Source of the DNA: Catajapyx aquilonaris
Taxonomy: Eukaryota
DNA length: 33,633 bases
Direction: 5' to 3'
Assembly: GCA_000934665.2 (NCBI GenBank)
Contig: JYFJ02004247.1
Coordinates: 1-33,633 of the forward strand
A program made the translations under genes and the position numbers. This document shows positions 10,873 through 22,954 of this stretch, piece by piece. The notes beneath the pieces are model-generated. The model had not been told where the DNA came from. It made no database searches and was given only the letters and a program-made list of their open reading frames with translations. Position 1 is the first letter of the stretch. Each line of letters starts with the position of its first letter.

Positions 10873-13800
10873 ATTTTTTAAAAGAATGGTATGGAATGAT
10901 CCAGCTTGAAGGAGAAGGACCGTTGTTTGAAGGGAAACTAATCTCATCATCGACGCGGATCCCGCAAAACCGAATAAACCGCCGGCTAGGTTCCCACAAA
11001 ACAATCCCATTTTCATTCGATCAACCTCTCTTGCCAGCCAACTGATTCTGACAGGTGGAAGTGAGCTCCATTTTAATTTACAGGGTTGCAATTTTGAGTT
11101 TTCTTGGCTTTTCCGAAACAAAAATTAATGAGCAATCTCATCCGGAAAATTGACGTGAAGCACGTTACTGAATTTCTTCGTCAATGTGGTCCCAGGGATT
11201 ACGTCAGTAAGCTCCTCCTTTCACTCTTGACACGTCTCTATCTCATCTGGTATCAGGTCATGCGTGCTAAATTGCTTCTCTCCTGATATCCCGCGAAAAA
11301 AAATATAAAGCTACCTCTCAAGTAATCTTCTAAAAGTAGGTTGAACACTCCTTTCCTTGATTGGGTTTCAGTCTACACTGTAGCCTATATTGCGAAAGTA
11401 CTGAACATTGAAATAATACATTTTTGGTCGAAAATATTGCCTGGAGATATTGGATCCAGTCTGCAAAACTCATTACCTATTTCTGTACCGGTAATTGAAC
11501 CAGATGTGCCCAATAAGATTTTCTCCATCCGCATTGAAAATGGAAAAATCAATTTTAGGTAGGCAGAAAGATGTGAAGTGGCAGCACTTCTTTTCAACCC
11601 ACGCAAATACATGTGGATAATGCAATGCGAGGGCCCAGGGTCCGGAGGAAGTCCCGGATCTGCCCCCCTGTTGTTCCGGAGAGCCATTGTTTACTTAAGG
11701 AGGATCCTACCTTGATGCCGAGACACTCCTGATAAATAGCCTTTCCCACCTTTCCTCTCCACTTGATTACCTGAATGAAAAAGCCCTTGCCATCTCGAAT
11801 TTTAATGAGGAAATTACCTCTGGCCCCAGCCCCATTTTCGCGGGTTGGCTAATTATCACAGGCCCGTCTTGCCTGAAGTTTTCGCACTGTGGCCGACAAG
11901 GCTTGCGTTTCTGGACAACTGCACGACAAAGTGCAATTTGTACTGCCGGTCTTAGCCGGGATTTGCGCAAAAAGCATGGGCTCTATAGGGGTCATTACTG
12001 GGGAGACTCAACCGCCGGATTTTATTCAGACTGAAATGGGCAAATTTGGATGAGAGCAGGCTACACCGCGTAGCATTTAAATAAATTGAAGTTTTAAGTA
12101 GAAAATAGATTACAGCTGATGTTGTATAAATGTTGCGACCTAAGCATCCAAATATTTTCAATATGTTAGAATTGCATGTTTGTAATAATTAATAGCCCTG
12201 TGCATCCTTAATACTTTAACGCGCAACTTACATTCGTGACATTTTTACTGAAGTACGAGTCCTCTTTCAAAAAAGTGTTGAATTTCTGTCACAAAGAGTT
12301 GGCAGTATCGAACTGTACTTAATTATAAATTACCGCTTGTAGCCTATGGATCAAGTACAATTAAGAATAACTTCCACGTAAATTATTCGAGCCATTAAAA
12401 GGATTTGTACAGTACAAGCTGTATTACATGTGCTAATACCTTCCTTGCGTGAACAAACCAGAAATCTCTTGCAAGGTCATATTATTTTCGCATTATCCAG
12501 CTCGCAATTTTTCAGCATTAAGCCTGGATGACGTGGTCTAGAAATTCGCAACACAAATCAGATATAAGCCGGAATTCAAACAAATCCCCTGCAATTCCTG
12601 CTGCAACCTTACATAACAGCTGTTGTCCTTTCAGATTCTCATGACAGAATACCCGATTGCCAGTTTGCAATTAGGCCTGCAGAAGACACCGCGAAAATGC
12701 CATTTTCTTCCAAGGACTTGGGTGAATTTCCCTTATTTTTTGTCTCTCTGTTCCGGACTTTGTCGCAGAAATTACCTGCAGGAGGCTCCTGATTAATTGG
12801 GCGGAGGTGTCCAGATTGATAACGCCCACCTTAAGGAATTTGATACAGGCTATCACTTCGGATTCCCATCAAGCCAGTAGATTAACGTGGTACTGGATCC
12901 GATGGGGCTTCCAGGGTGAGATTCGTTTATTTTCGCCGGGTATATCAACTGGCTCTTGCGTCACTCGCAGTGTACCGGTCTAGCTCTATTCGTCAAGTTT
13001 GCTTCTGCAAAGTTAGGGACTAACGATGCTTGATGGCTTTCAAATGAAACGGGGTGGAGATCCTTGTGATCTCGTGATCATGGCTTGCTCACGAACGTGG
13101 CGTGTTGAGCCGGCAAGCCATGCTATTACGTTTTATAAACGGCCTCTCCCGTGTTACAGGGAGCGGTACATGTTTTAGCAATTAGTCATTACTTGACTAG
13201 AAAGGTTTTTAGTGCTTTTCATGAGCGAGGATAAAATGGCAATATTTGCCGCGAGCTGACTAATCGTTCGCTTAAAGTTCATTTCCCCTTATAGTTGCAT
13301 CTATCCAACTTTGCTGATCGATTAGGGCATGAAATAAAGAAAAGGTTAGGTCAAGGCAGTCTAGGTAAGGGTTGCACGGTGTTACATAAAGTTTTTAGGT
13401 CGAAATAAAATTTTCGAGCCCCCTGGTAGAAAAAAGACAATAAAGCATAGTGTGTCGCATAATTTTAATTATAATTATGGTGTCGTATAAGGCCGAGTTG
13501 TTCATGGAAAAACTGCTGTACAAAAGCCTTGTTTAAAAGCGAACGTCACTTCTACATGCTCACACCCTAACAGCTTTGTCCTGTAACGCCTGATGGTTTA
13601 AAAAGGTAGTGCTTTTCGCCCCCGCTGGTTAAATAATCAAATATTAATAAAACGGGCGTTGTAACGATGCAGTGCTGCTGGACAGGGTCCGTCACTGAAT
13701 AATGCCCGCCTTTATAAAGGATTTGCTGATAAAAGGAGGTCCCGTGGAAATTGCATCGCCTACGCACTCACACAGCCCTCTCCGATTATCATCAATTGAT

Positions 13801-13906
13801 TCATCCCCAGCTCCTTTTATTCTATGACAAACTGTCAGGGACTGAGCTGCATCGTAACGAGATTCGTCAGTCAACCACGACAGCCTCTTGTGCTGGGTGG
13901 GCCAGC

Positions 13907-13922
13907 AGAGAGAGAGAGAGAG
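13907..13922. repeat. (AG)8 microsatellite
   Basis: Direct reading. Confidence 0.9.
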
Positions 13923-14959
13923 ACATTGCCTTTGGACTAAATGCATTAGTTGAGCAGAAATTCTAGTCTTGAAATGTGTGGACAGTGTGGACCATCCTGT
14001 ATCTGCTGTGGTGGTCGTCATTCCTACAGGTCTTCTTGGAATAACTCACGCCAAAACTACATTCCTGCACAGCAGAGCCGCTCATTTTTAATTAACTCCC
14101 TGTACATACTGAATTTTTTATCACTTGAACGTCCCGCATTCCTCTCCGCTCAGGCCACAGCATTCGAACAAATACAAGGGGGATGATGTTGAACACTGTA
14201 CAAAGGTATGTCCTCTCTCCAGAGTTGCTTAACTGGGGTAACGATGAGGCTGGGAGAGAGAGAGAATCGATAGCTCTCGAGTATATATAGAGTAAAAGGC
14301 TATACACCAAATATCACGAGTTTAACCAAAATCCCATCTTACTTTCTCGAAAAACTAATTTTCTAAAGAACGGCTGGTTATTTAAGATCCAGCTACTGAA
14401 AAGGGAAGTTCTCTTTCGAGTTTTCGAAAAGATGAAGGAATAAAGGCCCGCTCTTGCTCAGCGATTCGTTTCCAATACTCCAAAAATTGAGAGCCGGGTG
14501 ATTATCAAAACCAAGAATTTGCTTGTATTCACTGGCGGAGAAAATTTTAGCTCACAGATATCCTTTGAGACTATAGTTTTTTGGGAATATACGAGTATAT
14601 TAACTTATACCGTTCCTCCTTCACCACCTGCTCCCTCCTGCTAATAATTAGCCTCATCCAGTTTGTCTCATCCCTTTTCCCTCATCTACATCAGATCATG
14701 ACCCCCACGTCCTTCTTCCAACCCTAACTTGACCCCTGGAGAGAGAAGTACGCCTCAGCCTCAGAGTAGCACTGTGCAACAATGTTTACTAGACAGCACT
14801 GGCTTTAAAAATTATTTTCCCATATATACTAAAACGTTTCCGTCGTGTCGTGTCACTAAAATTTTGAAAAGAAGAAGCTTGAGCCATCTACTGACTTACC
14901 GTCGATTTTGAGGCTAGTTCATGTGCAAGTAATAAAAAGCAAGGTTGGCTCTCATATTA

Positions 14960-14986
14960 TGCACGCAGCACGTGCACACTGCACCC
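14960..14986 (+). promoter_or_regulatory. Three MRE-core motifs (TGCRCNC) plus an E-box
   Basis: TGCACGC 14960-14966, TGCACAC 14973-14979, TGCACCC 14980-14986, CACGTG 14969-14974. Confidence 0.25.
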
Positions 14987-16502
14987 TTTTCCGTGGCATG
15001 CAAAGTCCTCAAAATGCAAAACAGTGCAAAGCACGCCAATTGTAGAGTGACCTAATTCGCACTATGAGTGTGCGAATCCCCTGAAGGAACCCAACCTTTC
15101 AGCATATGTTTTTATTCCATTCATGAATACGACCCCACGGTCTCTCTCTGGGTGTGTCGGGTAAGGAACGGCCTCAAGCAAAAGGAGAATAGCCGGGTTA
15201 GTGAGGAATTGAAAACTGTGAAGGAGGGAAAAGTTTCGCTCAATCAAGTTAAGTGGGTTTGCGAGATACGCGCTTAGAATTCAGAGAATGGACTTCCCTT
15301 GGATGCTTCCGCGCCTTGTTGCAGAGGCTTCGGCTATTTATTCGCCAGCCTCCCATGTAATTCTCCGGCGTCTTCAATGGACCGTGGAAATGTTCACAAA
15401 AGGGTGTTTTTTTCTTCAGCAGTCCATTGACTTTCGGCCGGTTACAAGGTGACGGAACCATTCTTCTTAGACCCCCCCTCAAATTACCTGTTTGCCTGAC
15501 TAATCAAGGGTAATCCAACCGGGGAATCAAAACATCTTAATAAATTTTGGCGCCCTCTTAATGAGCCGGTGTCGCTCCAGACAATGGTCGGCTCCAGATG
15601 GCACAGACTGGTGCAAGGGCTTTTCTAACTATCTGGCCTTAATCGCGTTTCTAATTTCTAGCTAGCCCACATGCAGTAGTCGGAACAATGAGCCCCATTG
15701 TTATCTGAAAATGTTGGCTTAAAATCGGGTGGGGTTTCGGTCCATTGCCCTTCGCATGCACAAGTTCAGGGCAATGATACAGGATGTTTCAAATATGCGC
15801 TGATTAGGTCCGTCGTAATTAAAGTTGAACCGGCTTGGTGAACTGTAATTATAAAGTGTACTGGCTCGTACTATTGTAGCTGACATGACGGCTGAATAAG
15901 GCAGCAAAATAATTCAGCAGAGGGAGGGCCTGGAGTTTCCGAAAAGTTCGATTGATTGCGTCTAGTCTATGCGCCTGTGCCTATTCTTCTCGCATTTGAT
16001 TCGATTATCTCTGCGTGGTTAAAATCCCTGAGTGTGCCTGACAACCAACTTTCTGTCTTGCCTGCAGGTACCTGCTGGTTATACTTTTTTTTCTTCTTCT
16101 TTCGAAAGTGAATATAGAGAGGTGTGTTTGGGTGAGTTTGGAGAAATGGTGGCTGCAAAAGTTGTCGGTTTTGAACCTTCCATTATAAGGTTACCCGCAC
16201 CGGTTGAGCAATATTTCTGGGTAGAGGTCTTGATAACATCTGTATGTGGCATGTAAAGTGGGAAAGGCAACACGGGGGAAATTTTAAAGATGGGGAGAGC
16301 CAAGCTGAATTATGCCGCAAATGTGCGACTCAATTAGGCTGCAGTTGTGCCAGTTAATTTACGGCCGGTTTTGGACCATTACTCAACCGTGACGATATAT
16401 GCAATTTATCTGAAGCAAAATAGTCAATTTAATGTGCGTTTTATATTAAATCGCCAATAGTGAAGGGGCTGGACAGATGACATCCATACTCATGCATACC
16501 AG

Positions 16503-16669
16503 TAAATGTCTCGAAATGTTTGATATAGCCTCAGGTTTATTTCGGGGAAAATAAATTAGTGGTAATAAATTTTAGTTTTAAATTTTAGTTTAAACTTTGC
16601 AAATGCGAAGATCATCTGCTAATTATATGAACGTATACTATAATGGCTGCTTATATTTCGAGACATGTA
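16503..16669. repeat. Inverted-repeat-bounded segment, possible decayed MITE
   Basis: ATGTCTCGAAAT (16506-16517) / ATTTCGAGACAT (16655-16666), perfect 12 bp. TA on both outer flanks one base further out. AT-rich interior with a duplicated AAATTTTAGTTT. Confidence 0.4.
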
Positions 16670-19600
16670 GTAAAAAATCAACTGAGACAAGAAGACAGTA
16701 TACTCCAATATTTCTGCTTACGGCATAACGAATAAACAAGAGTCTACATTTTCGCTTATTGGTTCGCACCAGGTTTGCACTGTATACAATACAATCTGCA
16801 ATCGCGTGCTTTCACTGGACGGCTTAAGATAGGGGGACTGCACACAGTCTCCCTTCTCTGGCTTACTTTTCATAAGTATTTTGAAAACCTGGGCAAATTC
16901 GTTTTCATGACCGTTGAAAGCAATGAAAGTCTGTCAGGTTCATATGCTGCCTGAAATATTCAACTTTTGCCAACACTGAAGTAGGCCTTGTACATGTAGG
17001 TTACAGTATAGCTGTATTCAAGGCCTGCAAACTTGTACTAGAAAAAAATATCGACAGAGTGCCAAGTCCAATCCGTCGTAGAGTGTTGTTTTTTTAACCC
17101 TTTCAAAGCACAAATGAAAGTCTGAAAGCATTTTCTGAACCTTTTCCGTTCGACTTATTTTCCCTGGACTGTTTCCACAATCATCAAAGCGAAAGAAGCA
17201 TTTCCGAGTGCAACGTTTTTTTTTTTTCTCCCCATCCTTTCCTACAACATTGGACACGACCATCCAGCATCTGTGCCACAACTCACTCTTCTTCCAGGCA
17301 ATCATTGGAAGCAATTTCCTCTCCATTCCCCCCAGTTTTCATTAGGAAAACGATGCAGATACTATACGGACCAGAGGAAGAATAACGACTTCTAGACACA
17401 CAAAAGATACGCCGCCTAACTGATGTGACGAAATGACATGGCCCTCTCGACCTAAATGTCACTTTTTCTTGCTCACTTTGCCTCGTTAGGACCAAACGAG
17501 ACAGGGAAGCCGGGGCCTCACATAATTAGTCCCGGTTTTCTTTTTCCTAGAGTTAGGTCTTGAGGCTCTATCCAGAAACCGCAAACCTCCAGAGTGATCC
17601 GAGGGACTTGTTTATACGGTGGTTAATTCCTGGGGGCTAGACGTCTAACGATCAAATTCTGTCCGCCACACCTTGCCTGCTAAGCCTCTTCTTTCCTCGA
17701 GCTTCTTGCGGTTTAAAAGGTCACATCCTGAGAAAGCCACTTAAATGTGCCTGGAATTAGCGACATATTTTCCCGAACAAAAAACATGCAAGATTATTGC
17801 AGGAAATTACTTTGTACCAATATTAATCATCGCACAAAACTTGGCGCATCCTATCATTTCTCATTAGCAAGCATATGTGACAGGTACATGGCACACACAC
17901 ATACATTATAAAAGAATAAGGTTCATGTCTGCACGCCACAGTTAATTACAAGTTCTTCTCAATGAGCGGGTACATTTTTAATTGGCGCCTAGGTAATTCT
18001 GGTCGCACCATGTGTTCCGCACACACCCGATACACCTAATCGATACAGAGTAAAAAATTGGATCCTGATTTGAACTAAAATGCAATGACATTTCGAACAG
18101 AATGTCAGGGTTTTGCTCCAATTTGTCCCGTTTTTCTGGAGCCGGATTTAGCGAGGGATTTAGGTGGCTGTCAACATGTATAGCAAATGGCAAAAAGTCG
18201 TAGATGTACTATACCTTTTGCAGATGAGATTCTCATCAACTGCGGCCTCAATTTTCGCTATTTAAATATAGATCACGCCCCGTAGACTCCCCCCGGGGTT
18301 GGCTGCCTGCGTATCCGGAACCAATTTGTAAAGTGGTTGTCTGGGTACTTTTTGCAGTTTACCACCAGTTCGGGGGAAACAAAACTGTTGTAAAATTACG
18401 GGGCGTAAACACATCGCCGTTAGATCGAAATTATAATCCAATCCTGATCGATACTTTTAATGAGCAGTTTCTCCAACTATAACGTGCCCTGATCTTTTCG
18501 TTCAAAATGTCAACACTGTGGTGGGGAAATGCCAAAAAATAACCAGACTATCCTGAGAAGGATCCCTCAAAGACATGGCTTGATATCATTTTGTGCCTCC
18601 CTCAGGACCCAAGCGGACGCGATGGTAAATAATTTATCGGTTCGGAGCTTTGATAGGGTGATACTTTGGGGACTCATGTGCAGTATTATATATACCAAGG
18701 GTCTCATCACATCGTCAAACTACCCTCGAGACAATCGCATCATCCTGCAAGACAAAGCTGAGGTGAGAAGGTCAGGCCACAATTTAAGTTTTTTTAAATC
18801 CCAGATATGACTGAATTAGCAAATAATGTGGACTAAAAATTTAAACAACTGTACAGTGTCCTATATGGTTCCGAACATGCATCGGGCGAATTGATATGAT
18901 ACCGTCCTATATATAGGACATCGGGCATATCTAGGTTATTATTCTGACCGTGATTTATTTACTGCTGCAAAAGAATAAAACGATTAAGATGTTAAATTGT
19001 GCCGGAAATGTCACTCGTCCCACGCGACAATTTTGAAACTTTATCTCTGGCCCCACTCCCACGCACACTTCCCACAGGTCACTCCACTACTAGACCAAAG
19101 AGTGTCCAAGAGAGCCGCCTGACAAAATAGACTAATAACCGTGCCAAGAATAACTCTGAATCAGGTTTGGGGGGCTCGGGGGGTCGTAATATTTTGATGG
19201 CCATGAGGAGGCGGGACCCCATGATAGTCCCCTGGGATTATTATAGTCGTAAAATTGTTGGGAAGGTTTTGAAGGAAAGATAGGACCTATAGCATGGGAG
19301 AGGATGTTTCTATTCCCGAAACACCCCCCTTGGCGCCGTCGTGTTCCGGATTTCCTTTCTTCCCCAGAACTACATTGGATCAGACACACTGGGGAGGAAT
19401 TTTAATAAAAATTTGATTCGATTAAAATGATCCAAATTAATACCTTTTATTAGTAGTCTACACATAAGTCGCTTTCATCGGAACAGTATGTGAAAACTGC
19501 TATTTATAGCAGTAGCAGTTACAGCTTAAATCGCCATTACGTGCCAGGTACGAGCTGTTTTTTCTCCGTTATACGTGGGCGTGTACTGGCGTTTTGCGTG

Positions 19601-21547
19601 TGCAGCAGTGCAGGTTTCCATGTCAGATATTACAGAGCAATTACGTTCACGCGTTGGGCTCGAAAATCGAGCTCGGATAGCAGTTTCGATGTAGACGTTA
19701 TATGTTATTACAGAGGGGTCGGTTGGTGCAATCAGGACCCATTTCTGAGAACATCAATTGCTTTGGACTCGCCGTGAGATAAGGGGTAAAAAAAGTGGCA
19801 TGTTCATATGGGATAATGACTCTAGTAATGAGTAATGCGCTTAACATGCAGCGGGACCCAATTTCCTTGGGGGTAATTACCATACTGTCAAGTGCAGATG
19901 TCAAGGGCTTGCAGTGTATGGCAAGGTTTAATATGTTTCCGTTATTTGCAAGGAATCCTTGCTGCAACCTTGGAGGGTTATTCTAGAGTGTCAATAAATT
20001 TAACCCAAGTACTTGTACACAGAGCATGTTTAAGGAGTATGACTGGTGTCCATGCGAGTCACGGATAGGTTTATTATTCATGAGTCCGGGGCTTGGATTT
20101 AAGGGAATCTAATTATAGGCGGCCGGGAAAACATTTCCTAAATCGTGTAAGCACACTTCTTGGGAGTCATAAAACTCGAAATATCCTTCGCTTCTTACAC
20201 AATTCTCTTTGGCGCAAGCAGACATTGTCTTGCAGGCTATACAAAAGGAGAAAATGCACGAACTTGCTCCTTTTTTGCGTGGCTAATAATAGCAATAAAA
20301 CCAGACAGAAATGTCATCATTTGTCATTATTTGGATCATGCCACCAGCAGGTGTGCCAATGTTTTATGTCAATCAAGAAGGCCTTCAACTATAGGCTGAT
20401 GGCAGGGTCACATCGGTGTGTATCGCGTGGTACAGAAGCCTCTCCGTAGAAAAAATTATTGACTGAAAAATAAACATCATTCATCATTCTGCCTCATCGC
20501 AAGGAACTTTTTCAAAAACTTCAAAACTCGCATCTTTTTTGTTCGGCATGAATAAGGGCAGGTTCGTTCATGCTCGGAAACATTTTGCTTTAAAATCATT
20601 ATTTTCGTCTTTTTATTCGGTGGCCTTTCGAAAGTAAATTGGCGAGCGTAATTAATGTAACTCTCGAGTTGGTCCAAAACTTTCAGGATGTAACAAAGTC
20701 AACACAGTTTTTTTACAAGTTAACTGCGCACGAGGGGATAAAATACACGGCAATATTTAGCGATCGGAAATGAACTCTACACTGCAGCAATATTAAGTTT
20801 TCTATTTTTAGATTTTACGTAGCGTTCTTGAAATGCTTTTTCTTCTCAATAATGGAGCATGTCTGTGACACAAAAGAATAACACATGATGATGATGAGTA
20901 TTCAGTCTTCAGGCAAATAAAAAAAGGCCATGACGTTTCCTTGGCTCACGAATATAGAATCTCTGCAAAACGCTGCAGGGGTCACGTTTCAATCAGATAT
21001 CAGTTCTGCAATAGAGCCAACAAAGAGACGCGTTCGTTTAGAGCAAAAATTCAGTATTTTGTCAAATTGTTGGTTATGACTGTTACAACGCAAAATATGA
21101 TGAGTATACATTAAGGGTCGTAACTTATAAAGATTTGCGACCTGAAAGGCTATATTTCTGCAGCTCAACAGAGGTTATACGATAATTATAGCTCAGAAAT
21201 TCTCTGCATATAGTAATAATTTGGCGTGACATTACACAGGGATTAATAGCACAGCCACCAACGTGCTCATAAACATGCTTTTACCGACACATTATCGCTT
21301 CCTTTTCCTCTTACGTAACCACGCAATGATTTGGCCATACAAAAGCCCAAATACAAAAGAAAATCGCGAATTTTTTATTTTATTTTGTTACCCAGTGATC
21401 AAGACATGGGGTTATTTTGGGGGCCAAATATCTCCTACATGTCACTGTAATGGCCCAAATACATGGCGAGAAATGTCGATTTTCGATGTCCATTAGACAC
21501 GCGCGGATGTTGTTTTAAATATTTATTTGCACCCAAAACACACTTAC

Positions 21548-21807
21548 ACAGCAGCAGAAGCCCTCCTCCGATGCAGGTCCCATCCCTTCTTGACCGGAGG
21601 CAGCAGGTAAACACCTCGATCCACGCACAACGACCTGGACCTGTCCCTCTGAGGGATATGCAGCAGGTTGGCCGAAGGGAGGGCCAAACCCAGGGCCTGC
21701 CCCAGGGGCTGTTCTACCCCTGGGACCAACCCAAACGGTACGCCCTGAGCAGCCTTCTTGCTCTCGGCTTTCAGTTTGTTTACCCTCTTCACGTCCAAGC
21801 ACAACAT
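21548..21807 (-). CDS. GARNL3: GARNL3-like coding exon 1 (260 nt): MLCLDVKRVNKLKAESKK...RDRSRSLCVD...WDLHRRRASAA(V)
   Basis: ATG in good context (caaacaATG) with an in-frame TAA 21 nt upstream. GC-rich coding-like composition. Donor GT|gtaagt (21542-21547) is phase 2, exactly what the 9623 exon needs (GT+C = Val). The link rests mainly on phase fit, not strong homology. Confidence 0.78.
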
Positions 21808-22497
21808 TGTTTGCTGATTGTCCTTTTAGCAGCAAAAACACCGTATCTACCAGCTCATTTCGGCCAGTTTGTCTAGATGGGTTGGAAACTTCAGATGTTT
21901 GTGGCTGCAAAGTCCTTGGAAATTAACACTTGCGCGCACAGTCATCATTGACAGGGGAATGTACCGAGCAGATATCGTACACACGCACACACACTCACGC
22001 GAAACGCACATCTGTGCACTGGCCGGCATATGGAAAGCAATTTAGTCCATTCCAATCAATAATGGGCGCGTTTATTATTGATAAAACGATTCGGGTAAAA
22101 GCGAGGGAAAAAAAGAGCGGTTGGGTGCACTCCACTACATACGAATCGGATTTTTTTGGCGTGCAAAAATATTTTGACATAATTTGCGGACTAACCGGCA
22201 AAAAGAGGTGATGATAAATTCACATACGGATGCAATGTTGACGAAATTTTTTGGTTTTGGACATTTTAAAGTAAATTTGACAAAAAACCGTCAAATCTGC
22301 CTGCAGTTCACTCGACAATCAAATGTAAAAATGTCATTTTAGAAATTTTGCCACATTGCAAATTAGACTTATTTAGCATAGGGCTACTTGCACTCAACTA
22401 AAAATTTAGGTAAGTTATGGCATGAACGCTAATCACGTGCACAACTATGTATGCGTATGTATGTAGGTCAAATTCGCCAGTTTATGCCACAACTTAC

Positions 22498-22506
22498 CGT
22501 CTGCAT
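22498..22506 (-). other. Candidate upstream exon 3' end (ATG CAG ACG|gtaagt)
   Basis: Consensus donor gtaagt at 22492-22497, preceded by a 3-codon ATG frame. Lies in a CpG-containing, promoter/5'UTR-like stretch about 0.7 kb upstream of coding exon 1. 5' boundary unknown. Confidence 0.35.
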
Positions 22507-22901
22507 ATATGTGTGTGTTTCGCTTGAACCGTCACCTATACACTCACTGTCAAAAAAAAACTGTGTCCAGGTATTTTAGAGGTCCGGAGGTGCCTTAGAG
22601 TGTCTGAACCCGAGTGGCGGCCCCTGTGCCCGTGCCCAGCTTATACATACCGGCTTCGATCATCAAAGAGGCCTCCTTTTCCCTTCTGCCGACGTCACCC
22701 CCACCTCTCTCGACGCAGGCGCCGACGACTCTCCCTTTCTATTCAGCCTAAACACAATTTCGCCCCCCAAAAAATCCCGGCTCAACACATGCAAACGCAC
22801 CTAACATACACACGCATAAAAAATACATGCGGCAACACCCGCATACCGACAAACCCTTGCCAAATATATTCCTCGGTTGACTTTGCTGGTGCTGCCTGGG
22901 C

Positions 22902-22954
22902 TTGATTTATGGTCAAAGGCAGACCCAGGTGGTGGCTGCTAATGCTACCTGTCA
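22902..22954 (+). promoter_or_regulatory. Candidate Exd/Pbx-Hox plus Hth/Meis module upstream of GARNL3
   Basis: TGATTTATGG at 22903-22912 and CTGTCA (reverse complement of TGACAG) at 22949-22954. Confidence 0.3.

Larger units (their letters stand above)
732..21807 (-). other. GARNL3: GARNL3-like gene, 5' part (5 coding exons, 206 codons; continues off the left edge)
   Basis: Spliced translation: MLCLDV...RDRSRSLCVD...RRRASAAV|SSSSDLISRRGVFSRRHYGSVEL|LPQVEVEGNELLNGRRFRIENAESLGEDE|IYSSPTTPVLENPEYQTRWYFKYFLGK|LHQNYVGADPEKCPFFLSVVLTDANDQCVPQYRAVLWKKK. It matches, in order, the GARNL3 N-terminal blocks as I recall them (RRGxFSRxHYGSVEL, RFRxEN, LENPEYxTRWYFKYFLG, HQNYxGxDxEKxPFFLSV, VPQYRAxLW). 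Introns are 11924, 4053, 3636 and 845 bp, all GT..AG, phases 2/0/0/1. Confidence 0.93.

Noticed and set aside
13343..13374. Degenerate TTAGG-like words
   Set aside because: Only one exact unit; too weak for an interstitial telomeric repeat.
14154..14205. Possible + strand exon (cag|...AAG|gtatgt; PQHSNKYKGDDVEHCTK)
   Set aside because: No partner exons or homology found; splice-like words alone are common.
17504..17547. GC stem followed by a T run, resembling an intrinsic terminator
   Set aside because: Eukaryotic intron, many G-U pairs, no associated transcription unit.
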